Positions 39,067 through 48,336 of a stretch of DNA of 64,000 nt are shown here, in pieces. The stretch comes from Motiliproteus sp. (GTDB lineage: Bacteria; Pseudomonadota; Gammaproteobacteria; Pseudomonadales; Balneatricaceae), in NCBI GenBank assembly GCA_048265065.1, contig JBLXCH010000004.1:12886-76885 (forward strand). The letters run 5' to 3'. The notes beneath the pieces were generated by a model, which was not told where the DNA came from, made no database searches, and worked only from the letters and a program-made list of their open reading frames with translations. Each line of letters starts with the position of its first letter. Within the stretch, counting starts at the first letter, position 1. The translations under genes were made by a program, and so were the position numbers.

Positions 39067-39184
39067 ATAAATTGCTCTACCGAGCCCGCTTCTTTTAAGC
39101 TGTTTTTCGATATTGACTAATAACTCGCGGTGACACTAAAACGCCGCCATTAAATTTTGATGTTTTACCAAAAGGAATAACACC

Positions 39185-39706
39185 GTGATCCATTTGCTAC
39201 TTGCCATCGGCATTATTTTAGCAATGATAATTAGTGTCCGTTTTTCGACGAAAATGATTAATCGATATGGCGAGAGTAAGTCGGTTAATTTGTATCGAGT
39301 GAAGTACATATCGAAAACCATCAACATCGCGTTGGTCGCGTTCTTCGTTATTTTGTTAATTAGTGTGTTGGGGTACCAGTCAACGCAGGTTTACTTCTTC
39401 TTATCATCTATCTTTGCCGTGATTGGGGTTGCGATGTTTGCTCAATGGTCAATTTTGAGCAACGTGACGGCCAGTTTAATTATCTTCTTCGGTTTTCCTT
39501 ATCGGGTCGGTGATAAGGTGGTGGTGATCGATAAGGATGCGGACGTTTCGGGTATTATTGAGGAAATCTCCTTATTTCATGTCTTAATACGCCGAGGTGA
39601 GGATGTGATCAGTTACCCGAACACGTTAATCTTGCAAAAGGGTGTGATTAAAAAAGGTTCGTTAGAAACGGTAGAAGAAGCGCCGACGGGGAATTTAGAC
39701 GAATAG
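39185..39706 (+). CDS. Short MscS-domain membrane protein
   Basis: IGVAMFAQWSILSNVTASLIIFFGFPYRVGD, YPNTLILQK; 173 aa. Confidence 0.85.
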   Translation: MIHLLLAIGIILAMIISVRFSTKMINRYGESKSVNLYRVKYISKTINIALVAFFVILLISVLGYQSTQVYFFLSSIFAVIGVAMFAQWSILSNVTASLIIFFGFPYRVGDKVVVIDKDADVSGIIEEISLFHVLIRRGEDVISYPNTLILQKGVIKKGSLETVEEAPTGNLDE

Positions 39707-39716
39707 TTGTGAATAG

Positions 39717-39744
39717 AAGAGGCAATGTAGGTTGCCTCTTTTTT
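39717..39744 (+). terminator. Intrinsic terminator
   Basis: AAGAGGCAA-TGTAGG-TTGCCTCTT-TTTT. Confidence 0.85.
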
Positions 39745-39753
39745 GTTGGTAAC

Positions 39754-40095
39754 TTAGCCGCAGCACTTTTTGAATTTTTTACCGCTACCACAGCTGCACG
39801 GCTCGTTACGGGCTGGTGTTTTTTCAGTTTTCACTGACGCTACCTTGTTGAGTAGTATCGTGAGAGGCTCAATCGCCTCAACGGCATCGTCATTAGTGTC
39901 AATGGTGATATTGGCGAATAGCTGTTTTTCTTCCAATATTTTTTCGATTTCAGCTTTGCGATCTTCATTAGTAACTAACAGTTCCAACGGGTGTTTTTTA
40001 CTTCCAGATTTTGCGGCAGCTTTTGTTTCAAAGCCGTATTTGATGTGGCTTTGGCGTGCGTCTTGACGACCTTTGAAAAAGAATTTATCTGACAT
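39754..40095 (-). CDS. SEC-C motif protein (PBPRA1643-like family)
   Basis: MSDKFFFKGRQDAR N-terminus, C-terminal RNEPCSCGSGKKFKKCCG. Confidence 0.88.
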   Translation of the reverse strand: MSDKFFFKGRQDARQSHIKYGFETKAAAKSGSKKHPLELLVTNEDRKAEIEKILEEKQLFANITIDTNDDAVEAIEPLTILLNKVASVKTEKTPARNEPCSCGSGKKFKKCCG

Positions 40096-40191
40096 TGATG
40101 GCTCTCATATTGGGTGATGCTTGCTGTACTACTTGTCGTAATATTTGTCGTACTTAATTTACAGCATCGATAATTGGCGCTGTTTTTTGCC

Positions 40192-40275
40192 GAAACTGAA
40201 GTTGAAACTAAAAAGCCGAGACTAAAAAGTTAAGAGTAAAAACTAAACATGAGGCTAGGAAGTCAGAAGCTAAAG
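40192..40275. repeat. Degenerate 12-14 bp purine-rich tandem array
   Basis: gaaactgaagtt / gaaactaaaaagcc / gagactaaaaagtt / aagagtaaaaact. Confidence 0.6.
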
Positions 40276-40430
40276 AGACGAAACGAGCGCCAATGATACG
40301 GGGAAAGTAGTCATTGTGAAATGTGAAAAAGCTTTTTTGAAAATTGTGAGATACTAGGCGGCAAATGACTGCCTCAAACTGCTGTTATAAAGCGTCCCTC
40401 TTCAAATTTAATAACCTGTGAATGTTCATT

Positions 40431-40667
40431 ATGAAATTACTTGTCCGCAATCTTACTCGCTCTACAACAGAAGAAGAAATTCGTGATCTATTTGCTGCAT
40501 ACGGGGTGGTGAATGAGTGTGATCTAGTGCTCGATAAAGAAACCGGAAAATCAAAAGGGTTTGCTTTTGTGGTCATGCCTGATGCCAAAGCAGCTAAAAC
40601 AGCAATGTCAGAGCTGCATGAAAAACGAGTTGCTAAAAATAGAATCCGCGTGAAGTTAGCTAGCTAA
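40431..40667 (+). CDS. Single-RRM RNA-binding protein, 78 aa
   Basis: LLVRNL (RNP2), KSKGFAFV (RNP1); start moved to MKLLVR. Confidence 0.92.
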   Translation: MKLLVRNLTRSTTEEEIRDLFAAYGVVNECDLVLDKETGKSKGFAFVVMPDAKAAKTAMSELHEKRVAKNRIRVKLAS

Positions 40668-40701
40668 GAAAAGTAAACAATGCTGGGTAAAAGTTAAGAC
40701 T

Positions 40702-40725
40702 AAAAAGGCCCTAGAGGCCTTTTTT
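40702..40725. terminator. Bidirectional terminator overlapping the 3' end of the channel gene
   Basis: AAAAAGGCC-CTAGA-GGCCTTTTT, containing the minus-strand TAG. Confidence 0.8.
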
Positions 40726-41145
40726 CTTGGTGACGATTCGCTGCATTTCCAAATAAGTAAAAGAGGCCGACCAGGCAATAAGGACTAATCCTACTAAGGC
40801 TTCTGAACCTGCAATAAAACGAACATGGCCTACCGGAACTAAATCGCCGTATCCTAGCGTTGTGTAATTCACAAATGAGAAATACACGCAATCAAGCAGC
40901 TGGTAGGTGAACTCTCCTGAAATATCACCGACACCCCCGATTTTAAAGGTCAAAAAGTAGACTAGGCCAAAAATCCAAACCTCAATAACATGGATGAATA
41001 TGATCACTAGCATGCCTATGGGTAGCAACAAACGATGAGGCCAACGGCGTTTGAAGTGATGCTCCGATAAGTGTGTGAGCACTTCGTAATGGATAAGTAC
41101 CACTAATAAGATGGCAATAATCGTGCTGATGAGTACGGTTAACAT
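40711..41145 (-). CDS. Potassium channel family (Ion_trans_2) small protein
   Basis: YFSFVNYTTLGYGD selectivity filter between TM helices. Confidence 0.9.
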   Translation of the reverse strand: MLTVLISTIIAILLVVLIHYEVLTHLSEHHFKRRWPHRLLLPIGMLVIIFIHVIEVWIFGLVYFLTFKIGGVGDISGEFTYQLLDCVYFSFVNYTTLGYGDLVPVGHVRFIAGSEALVGLVLIAWSASFTYLEMQRIVTKKKGL

Positions 41146-41255
41146 AAGTCTGCGGCCATCCAGTCTTAATGATAAATTAAAAGTAATTGCTCAAGGTTTA
41201 CCTTTTAGGGCTAAAGCCATAATAACCATTTGTGATGAAAGAAAGCAGCTGCCTG

Positions 41256-41705
41256 TTATTGATTGCGTTCTGTGGAGCGTTTAGGTGTGTTTGAAAAATT
41301 ATAAGCATCGTTTGTTTGTAGTGCGCCAGATGCGGCAAGCCCGAGTAGTTTTCTAAATTTAGGGCATTCCATATGGCTAGGTGCTGAACATACGGCAGCA
41401 TGCCTTAATCCGTCTCGCATTGCTGTGAGCTGACGAATTGACTCATCCAGCTCGTCTGCTTTTTCATTGAGTTTGTCACGGTTGATAGTCAACTGGCCTT
41501 TTGTGCCTAACATTTCTGCAATTTCATTTAGGGAAAACCCCGCCGTTTGACCCAACGCTATCAGTGCGAGTTGCTCAATAATTCTAGGGCCAAAAACCCG
41601 GCGTAAACCACTTCTGCCGACGGACTGAATCAACCCTTTCTCTTCGTAATAACGAATAGTTGACGCAGGAACGCCTGTCTTTTTGACGACTTCAGAAATA
41701 TCCAT
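41256..41705 (-). CDS. MerR-family regulator
   Basis: MDISEV.KKTGVPASTIRYYEEKGLI; C-terminal C-X7-C (HAAVCSAPSHMECPKF). Confidence 0.93.
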   Translation of the reverse strand: MDISEVVKKTGVPASTIRYYEEKGLIQSVGRSGLRRVFGPRIIEQLALIALGQTAGFSLNEIAEMLGTKGQLTINRDKLNEKADELDESIRQLTAMRDGLRHAAVCSAPSHMECPKFRKLLGLAASGALQTNDAYNFSNTPKRSTERNQ

Positions 41706-41714
41706 AGGAAGCTA

Positions 41715-41745
41715 TTGACTTAAAGTTGACTTTAACTTGTAGGCT
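41715..41745 (+). promoter_or_regulatory. MerR-type promoter with 19-bp spacer and dyad operator
   Basis: TTGACT-N19-TAGGCT containing TTAAAGT-TG-ACTTTAA. Confidence 0.85.
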
Positions 41746-41783
41746 AGCAATGCAGTTCTGAAAAATCAATGTAGGAGGCAATT

Positions 41784-42272
41784 ATGAATCTGCTAATCAA
41801 TACGCTGCTTATCGGAGTAGGTGCAACCCTCGTGATGGATTGTTGGTCCGTTTTACGCAAAGTCTTGCTTGGCGTTGAGCCGCCAAACTGGGGGCTTGTT
41901 GGTCGCTGGGTATTTTATTTAGGGAAAGGGCGTTTTTTTCATGATTCGATAAAGCGCACAGAGCCTGTTGTCGGAGAAACAATGATCGGTTGGTGTACGC
42001 ATTACATTGTCGGCGTACTTTTTGCCCTATTGCTACTGTTGATCTATGGGAACACTTGGTTGAGCAATCCAACACTATTGCCCGCATTAATGGTTGGTTT
42101 GTGTACTGTGCTCGCGCCTTTTATGTTAATGCAGCCAGGCATGGGAGCAGGGGTAGCGTCATCAAGAAGCCCTAAGCCTTGGGCTGCAAGAAGCAATAGC
42201 ATAGTGGCGCATATGGTTTTTGGGCTGGGCCTGTATATAGCGGCCTTAGGGTTGCAAGCACTGCAAGGCTAA
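41784..42272 (+). CDS. DUF2938 membrane protein
   Basis: IGVGATLVMD.W, LVGRWV, GW..HY.VG, APFMLMQPGMG.G.ASS. Confidence 0.88.
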   Translation: MNLLINTLLIGVGATLVMDCWSVLRKVLLGVEPPNWGLVGRWVFYLGKGRFFHDSIKRTEPVVGETMIGWCTHYIVGVLFALLLLLIYGNTWLSNPTLLPALMVGLCTVLAPFMLMQPGMGAGVASSRSPKPWAARSNSIVAHMVFGLGLYIAALGLQALQG

Positions 42273-42311
42273 TCGCTGTTGTATCAATAGATTGAAGAAA
42301 ATTAGGAGAAA

Positions 42312-42539
42312 GTGATGTCAATTCCTGCTCGTTATGCACCGCTACTTTTTAGCGCGCTGTTGTCCGCTATTATGGTTTGTATCGTATCTGCGTTTGTTTT
42401 ACTGATATCTGGAGGGTTAGCGCAAAGTTTCCTAGAGAACTGGGTGAAAAGCTGTTTGACGACATGGCCAGTGGCGTTTCCGACGGTAGCTGTTGTTGCA
42501 CCTTTGGTGCGAAGGTTGGTGCAGCGGATTACTGCTTAG
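42312..42539 (+). CDS. DUF2798 small membrane protein
   Basis: LFSALLSAIMVCIVS, W.KS.L..WPVAFP. Confidence 0.85.
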   Translation: MMSIPARYAPLLFSALLSAIMVCIVSAFVLLISGGLAQSFLENWVKSCLTTWPVAFPTVAVVAPLVRRLVQRITA

Positions 42540-42616
42540 CGATTAGACAGGGTTCATTGAGTTTAAAAGAAAATGGAGAGCAGCCGGTACACTAATATAC
42601 CGGCTGTCATTCGTGA

Positions 42617-43282
42617 CTAACTGCTTGGTTGTTTAACTTTACGTAGGTAAGGCTTCACTGTTTCCCAACCGTCAGGATAAATATCTTTGGCGGCTTCGTT
42701 ACTAACACCCGGTACGATGATGACATCGTCGCCGTTCTGCCAGTTGGCTGGTGTTGCAACTTTGTGCTGTGCAGTTAACTGCATAGAGTCGATAACGCGA
42801 AGGATTTCGTTAAAGTTACGGCCAGTGGTCATTGGGTAAGTCATCATCATTTTGATGTTTTTGTCGGGCCCGATAACAAACACAGAACGTACTGTTGCGT
42901 TGGTCATTGCGGTACGGTTTTCCGCCGCTTCGTTTTCATCCGCTGGGAACATGTTGTACAGCTTAGCAACGTTTAAGTTGGTATCGGCGATAACTGGGTA
43001 AGACACAGAGCAGTTGCCGACTTCTTCTACGTCTTTCAACCATTCTTGGTGATCGGCTACAGGGTCGATGCTAATAGCAATGATCTTTGTATTACGTTGG
43101 GCGAATTCTGACTCGATACCTGCCATGTAGCCTAATTCGGTCGTACATACTGGGGTGAAATCTTTAGGGTGAGAAAACAATACCGCCCAGCTATCGCCGA
43201 TCCAGTCGTGGAAGTTAATCGTTCCTTGCGTGGTTTCTGCCGTAAAGTTCGGCGCTTGGTCATTGATACGTAGAGACATCAC
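42617..43282 (-). CDS. 1-Cys peroxiredoxin (Prx6 class)
   Basis: FSHPKDFTPVCTTELG, TVRSVFVIGPD, TGRNFNEILR, TPANW..G. Confidence 0.95.
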   Translation of the reverse strand: MMSLRINDQAPNFTAETTQGTINFHDWIGDSWAVLFSHPKDFTPVCTTELGYMAGIESEFAQRNTKIIAISIDPVADHQEWLKDVEEVGNCSVSYPVIADTNLNVAKLYNMFPADENEAAENRTAMTNATVRSVFVIGPDKNIKMMMTYPMTTGRNFNEILRVIDSMQLTAQHKVATPANWQNGDDVIIVPGVSNEAAKDIYPDGWETVKPYLRKVKQPSS

Positions 43283-43294
43283 AATATCCTTTAT

Positions 43295-43320
43295 AGTTAT
43301 GCTGGAGAGTTATGCTGGCT
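43295..43320. repeat. 13-bp direct duplication upstream of prx
   Basis: agttatgctggag / agttatgctggct. Confidence 0.7.
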
Positions 43321-43447
43321 TATTGCCTAATTATACGAAATAGCCAGTTATACGGAACAGCGAGTGTGAAGCAAAATACCGCCCTAGATCATACCGCTGC
43401 TAAGGCCTAAAATCTAAATGGGGGTGATTTCTGGAGAAACAAGCATA

Positions 43448-43918
43448 TTAAATCCAGCGTCGAACCCTTCTTTTATATTCGCTGTATTGGTCACCAAATA
43501 AAGCCGATAGTGCGGCTTCCTCTGGTTTTATTTGTAGGTGATTGATATAGAGAACGAAACCGCAGATTCCAAGGATTGTTAGCGGTGCTGATAGAAAACA
43601 CGCCCAAGCTGCGAGAAAGAGACAAGACCCTAGATACATTGGGTTGCGAGTAAACCGATAAATACCCTGAGTTACTAAACGAGTTGTGTTGTGCGGCGCT
43701 AAAGGGTTGATGGTGGTCTTGGCAGTAAAAAAGGTGATGAGGGCAATCAGGTCGAGCGCGAGTCCCAAGCCTGTTAAGAGTAACGCCAAAACCAATTGAT
43801 TGGAGTCGCCGAAGTTAAGGGTTGGTGTGAAAGGTGCTAGCAACCACATTAAAAAACCAAAGAGTAGAGCGACTAATGGCGGCGGAATTTTCTTTTCAAG
43901 ACAGGTCATGTTTATCAA
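43448..43918 (-). CDS. Isoprenylcysteine carboxyl methyltransferase (ICMT/PEMT) family membrane protein
   Basis: KIPPP, TTINP, LVTQGIYRFTRNPMYLG, EEAAL...FG..Y..Y...VRRWI. Confidence 0.9.
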   Translation of the reverse strand: MINMTCLEKKIPPPLVALLFGFLMWLLAPFTPTLNFGDSNQLVLALLLTGLGLALDLIALITFFTAKTTINPLAPHNTTRLVTQGIYRFTRNPMYLGSCLFLAAWACFLSAPLTILGICGFVLYINHLQIKPEEAALSALFGDQYSEYKRRVRRWI

Positions 43919-44072
43919 TTTATTAGCATCCTGCGTTGGTTTGAGGCGGTTAGGCTAACCTCGTTTTATCATTGATTTGGCATTTGTGGCCCAATAAATC
44001 TGTTATTAGGTTAAGATAACCTCCTGTTATTGCATCTGCATTCTTTTTCATCCAATAAGCTGTTTTGTCTCG

Positions 44073-44495
44073 ATGATGTTAATGATTAACGCCCATATTA
44101 GTATTCCCGAAAGTGAGGTTGAGATTACCTTTATCCGCGCTCAGGGTGCGGGTGGTCAAAATGTCAACAAGGTGTCTAGCGCGGTACATTTGCGGTTTGA
44201 TGTTGGCGCATCATCTTTGCCCAGTGTTTATAAAGAACGTATCTTGGCGACAAAAGACTCTCGCTTGAGTAAAGAGGGGGTGATGATTATTAAAGGGCAG
44301 CAGTTTCGTACTCAAGAAAAAAATCGTGAAGATGCGTTAAAACGTTTGGTCTCTTTTATTCAGGCCGCAGTCAAAGTGGATAAAACCCGAGTGGCCACAA
44401 AGCCAAGCTACAGCGCTCAGCGTAAGCGGGTTGAAAGCAAAACCAAACGTGGACAAGTGAAGCAGTTACGCGGCCGCGTTGATCACTCCTCCTAA
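44073..44495 (+). CDS. arfB: Alternative ribosome rescue peptidyl-tRNA hydrolase
   Basis: RAQGAGGQNVNKVSSAVHLRF, RTQEKNREDA, basic C-tail. Confidence 0.96.
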   Translation: MMLMINAHISIPESEVEITFIRAQGAGGQNVNKVSSAVHLRFDVGASSLPSVYKERILATKDSRLSKEGVMIIKGQQFRTQEKNREDALKRLVSFIQAAVKVDKTRVATKPSYSAQRKRVESKTKRGQVKQLRGRVDHSS

Positions 44496-44520
44496 TCGGT
44501 TAATTAGCTTTTTGGTTTAT

Positions 44521-46374
44521 CTAAGTTTCTAGCGTTTGTGCTAATTGCTGCAATCGATACATGCTTTGATAAATACCATCATGGTGCGTCATTAGTTCAT
44601 TGTGAGTACCAGATTCGGCCAGTTGCCCGTGGGATAACACCCAAATTTTGTCGGCTTGCTGAATTGTAGACAGACGATGGGCAACCACAACCATGGTGAC
44701 TTCACCCTGTAATGCTTTTAATGCTTGTTGAACCGCTTGTTCGGTTTCGCTATCGACGTTGGCTGTCGCTTCATCTAGCAACAAAATCTTCGGTTTGGCG
44801 GCTAATGCGCGAGCAATAACTAATTGTTGACGCTGGCCTGTTGATAGGCGAGTGCCACGCTCACCTAGCAAGGTAGCGTAACCATCGGACAAATCATCAA
44901 TATAGTCGCTTAGTCCTGCTGCTTTAGCTGCAGCTGCAATCGCGCTTTGGTTCAAATTGCGCCCCATGTCGATGTTTTCTGCAATGGTCGCCGCTAGAAT
45001 AAAAGGTTCTTGTGGAACGATAGCAATCCCTTGGTGAAGTGCTTGCTGGCTAAGGTGATGTAAAGGATGGTTATCAATGCTCAGCGAGCCTGTACTGGGC
45101 TGATAAAAATTTAAGAGCAGGCTTAATAACGTACTTTTACCACTGCCCGTGTGCCCAACAATGGCGTGAAACTCCCCTGCAGGGACTGAAATATCGAGAT
45201 TTTTAAGGACTGGTTTGTTTGCTTGGTAGGCAAAGCAGAGCTGCTCAATAGTAATTGTGCCTTGGCTGATTTCTGCACCTGTTACGCTGTTTTTCTCAAC
45301 GTTTTCATGCAGTAATTCATAGACACGATCACCGGCAACCATCGCCTGCTGATATAAATTGAAACGCTGAGTGATCTCTGCCACAGGGTCTGTAAAACGA
45401 CTGAGATAGCTTAAAAAAGCGTAGAGCACACCGATTTCCGCAATGCCTGACTGTAGTTGAATATCAAATACCAAAATAACCCCAACCAAAATGACAATGC
45501 TCAGCAGATCAATAGCCGGCCGAAGAAGCGCTGCGCTGGCCTTGATGGTGCGTCTTCTGGCGGCCCAATAGGCATGATTATATTGTTCGAACTCTTGAGT
45601 GAAGCGTTGTTGTTGAGCGGCCGCTTGGATAACGGCCATTCCAGAAATCGATTCGCTAATGCTGCCATTAATTTCAGAGCGATGCTGCTGGCTTTCTGCC
45701 ATAGGGGGACCGCTTAATCGTTGATACAGCATTATCACGCAAACAACTACGGGGATGAGGATTAAGCTAACCAGCATTAACTGAACATTCAGAAATGCCA
45801 TGGCGATGATGATGCCGATCAGCAAAATACTGTTAGCTAATACGACCGATAAAAACTGCACATAGAGGTTTTTGATTGCCTCGGTATCATTGGTGATACG
45901 ACTCACGAGTTGCCCCGTCAGGTGCTTATCAAAAAATTGCATGGGGAGCCGGATCACATGCTCAAAGGCTTGTTGTCGAATCGCTTTCACCGCATTTAGC
46001 GCTATCGTGCTAAACCTCAGCATTTGTTGATAGCGAATCCAGATCCCGACGTATTGAGTCACAATGTAAATGACTAAGAGTGTCACTAATGCACTCACGT
46101 CATAGTTTTTAGGCATTAGGTAATCATCAATGAATATCTTGGCCAAAATGGGGCCGGTCACATCTGCCGCAACTGCTAACACCAATAGGAGTAAGGCTTT
46201 AATGAGTAACGGTTTATCTTGATAAACATGGTTTAACAGCAACCGGAAGGTTTTGTTTTTGCTGCTTGTTGAAGCTGTGTTGCTAGGTTCTGTATTGCTA
46301 GATTCTGTATTGCTACGTTCTGTATTAGTAGTGTCAGAATCCGGTTTTGTTGGTGCAGTCGCATTGTCACTCAT
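44521..46374 (-). CDS. mdlB: MdlB-like multidrug ABC half-transporter
   Basis: TMD plus NBD: GHTGSGKST, LSTGQRQ, LLLDEATANVDSETE. Confidence 0.85.
   Translation of the reverse strand: MSDNATAPTKPDSDTTNTERSNTESSNTEPSNTASTSSKNKTFRLLLNHVYQDKPLLIKALLLLVLAVAADVTGPILAKIFIDDYLMPKNYDVSALVTLLVIYIVTQYVGIWIRYQQMLRFSTIALNAVKAIRQQAFEHVIRLPMQFFDKHLTGQLVSRITNDTEAIKNLYVQFLSVVLANSILLIGIIIAMAFLNVQLMLVSLILIPVVVCVIMLYQRLSGPPMAESQQHRSEINGSISESISGMAVIQAAAQQQRFTQEFEQYNHAYWAARRRTIKASAALLRPAIDLLSIVILVGVILVFDIQLQSGIAEIGVLYAFLSYLSRFTDPVAEITQRFNLYQQAMVAGDRVYELLHENVEKNSVTGAEISQGTITIEQLCFAYQANKPVLKNLDISVPAGEFHAIVGHTGSGKSTLLSLLLNFYQPSTGSLSIDNHPLHHLSQQALHQGIAIVPQEPFILAATIAENIDMGRNLNQSAIAAAAKAAGLSDYIDDLSDGYATLLGERGTRLSTGQRQQLVIARALAAKPKILLLDEATANVDSETEQAVQQALKALQGEVTMVVVAHRLSTIQQADKIWVLSHGQLAESGTHNELMTHHDGIYQSMYRLQQLAQTLET
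46275..46334 (-). repeat. In-frame 15-bp tandem repeat x4 at the mdlB 5' end
   Basis: ctgtgttgctaggtt / ctgtattgctagatt / ctgtattgctacgtt / ctgtattagtagtgt; encodes NTERS-NTESS-NTEPS-NTAS. Confidence 0.9.
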
Positions 46375-48227
46375 GGCTTTTGCTCCTGCGGTTTTTCAGA
46401 CGATACCGGTGTGCTGGCGTTTGAAGCGTCAGTTTGTGTCTCAATTAACTCTTCAACGTGCTCTAACTTTGCCTCTAACTGCTGGTATTGCCACATTCGT
46501 TGATACCAACCGTTGTGATCAAGGAGGTCGGAGTGAGTTCCTTGCTCGCTGATTTCACCCTGTTGCAGCACGGCGATGTGGTCGGCATGGCGAATGGCAG
46601 AAAGGCGATGGCTTACCATGATGCAAGCTTGGGTATGCTCAAGGTCAGAAAGTGCGGATTGTAAGTGGCTGAGAATGTGTTGTTCGGTGTTCACATCAAC
46701 CGCTGAAAGTGCATCATCGAGCACTAAAATGGGCGCTTTCGTTAGTAAGGCGCGGGCTATACAAAGGCGCTGTCGTTGTCCACCAGAAAGCGTTAAACCT
46801 CGCTCACCAACTAGCGTATCGTAACCTTGAGGGAAGGTTAGGATATCGTCATGAATACAGGCTAAACGGGCGGCTCGTTGAATGTCCTCGCGACTGGCCT
46901 TTGGGTCTGCAAGCGCGATGTTGTCTGCAATACTGATACTAAATAGAAATGGGTCTTGAGGCACGTAAGCGAAAAGGCGCCGATAAGCTGTGAGCTCGAA
47001 GTCTTGGATCGCTTGGCCTGAAAGAGTGATGTGCTCTTTTCTTGTTTCCCACTGCCGCATTAATAGCTGCAGCAACGTGGTTTTCCCGCTACCTGTAGGT
47101 CCGGTAATACCAATAACACTGCCTTTGGCTAAACTGAGATTAATGTGGTGAAGACAGTCTGTTTTTTGTTGAGGGTAAGCGTAAGTCAGGTTATTTATCT
47201 CAATTCTCAGAGCATTTTTTTCTGCATAAGTCGCAGGGTCTTGTTCCCCTGTGTTTTTGATGCTGTCAGGGATTTCCAGAATATGCTCGACACGTTTGTA
47301 CGCAGCATTACCGCGTTCGACAATATTTAATAACCAACCGAAGGCCCACATTGGCCAGATAAGTTCACCCATATAAAGAGTGAAAGAGGTGAGATTGCCC
47401 ACCGTTATTTCGTCATGAGCGATAAGCCAGCCACCAAACCCGAGCGCTAAGGCAAATGCGGTGGACATGCACAAAAAGATTGTTGGCTCGAATAAAGCTT
47501 CGGTCTTCGCTACTTTGTAGTTGCTCTTGGCGGTTTGGTCTGCAATGTCTTCAAAGGCAGCAGACTCTAGGTTTTCACGCCCCATCGCTTTTACCATTCG
47601 TATCCCTGAAAGGGTTTCCTGAGTTTTTTCATTTAAGCGGGAAAACTGTTCCAGAGAAGTGTGAAAGTGAGAGTGAAGTCGTTTGGAAATACGGTAGAAG
47701 CAATACCCCATCAACGGAAAGGGGAGTAATGCAATGGCAGATAGTCGCCAGTCAATGACAGCGAACATCATGATTAAAACCAAACAAAGTGTTAACGCAC
47801 CATCAAAACCGGTGAGTACGCCGTCACCCGCGGCTATTTCTACGGCATCAATGTCATTAGTGGCGCGAGCCATTAGATCGCCGGTGCTGTGCTGGCTAAA
47901 AAAGGCTTGGCCTTGGTGAGTAAGGCGTTGGTAGTAAGAAGAGCGAATTAAACTACCCAGCTTGTAAGACGTACCAAAAAGTAAAATTCGCCATACATAA
48001 CGAAAGCAATAAATGGCAAGGCCAAGGCCAATGAGTAATGCCAGTTTCCAGTAGAGCGGGGTATTGTGATCAGGGCGATCTTCAGCAATCAGTTGATCAA
48101 CGGTTTGCCCAACCAGCCAAGGAATGATCAAACTTAAAAAAGCGACAATGGCTAATAAACACAAAGCGACAAGGTAGGTGCCTTTATTGGCGCGGAAAAA
48201 CCAACCAAGTTGCAAGAAGATCGACAT
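46371..48227 (-). CDS. mdlA: MdlA-like multidrug ABC half-transporter
   Basis: STGDLMARATND, GPTGSGKTT, LSGGQRQR, LDDALSAVD; ATGA overlap with mdlB. Confidence 0.85.
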   Translation of the reverse strand: MSIFLQLGWFFRANKGTYLVALCLLAIVAFLSLIIPWLVGQTVDQLIAEDRPDHNTPLYWKLALLIGLGLAIYCFRYVWRILLFGTSYKLGSLIRSSYYQRLTHQGQAFFSQHSTGDLMARATNDIDAVEIAAGDGVLTGFDGALTLCLVLIMMFAVIDWRLSAIALLPFPLMGYCFYRISKRLHSHFHTSLEQFSRLNEKTQETLSGIRMVKAMGRENLESAAFEDIADQTAKSNYKVAKTEALFEPTIFLCMSTAFALALGFGGWLIAHDEITVGNLTSFTLYMGELIWPMWAFGWLLNIVERGNAAYKRVEHILEIPDSIKNTGEQDPATYAEKNALRIEINNLTYAYPQQKTDCLHHINLSLAKGSVIGITGPTGSGKTTLLQLLMRQWETRKEHITLSGQAIQDFELTAYRRLFAYVPQDPFLFSISIADNIALADPKASREDIQRAARLACIHDDILTFPQGYDTLVGERGLTLSGGQRQRLCIARALLTKAPILVLDDALSAVDVNTEQHILSHLQSALSDLEHTQACIMVSHRLSAIRHADHIAVLQQGEISEQGTHSDLLDHNGWYQRMWQYQQLEAKLEHVEELIETQTDASNASTPVSSEKPQEQKP

Positions 48228-48336
48228 GGTCTGCCTATTTAGAAAACCAGCATATTTAAAAAAACCAACATCACTGAGTTAAAGTCATGTTGGTTGCACG
48301 CGAAGAAGCCCAGATAAGTAGGCTTCAATAACTTAT

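Noticed and set aside
39074-39085. tRNA D-arm-like GCTCGGTAGAGC on the minus strand
   Set aside because: No acceptor stem, anticodon arm or T-loop around it; not a tRNA or att site
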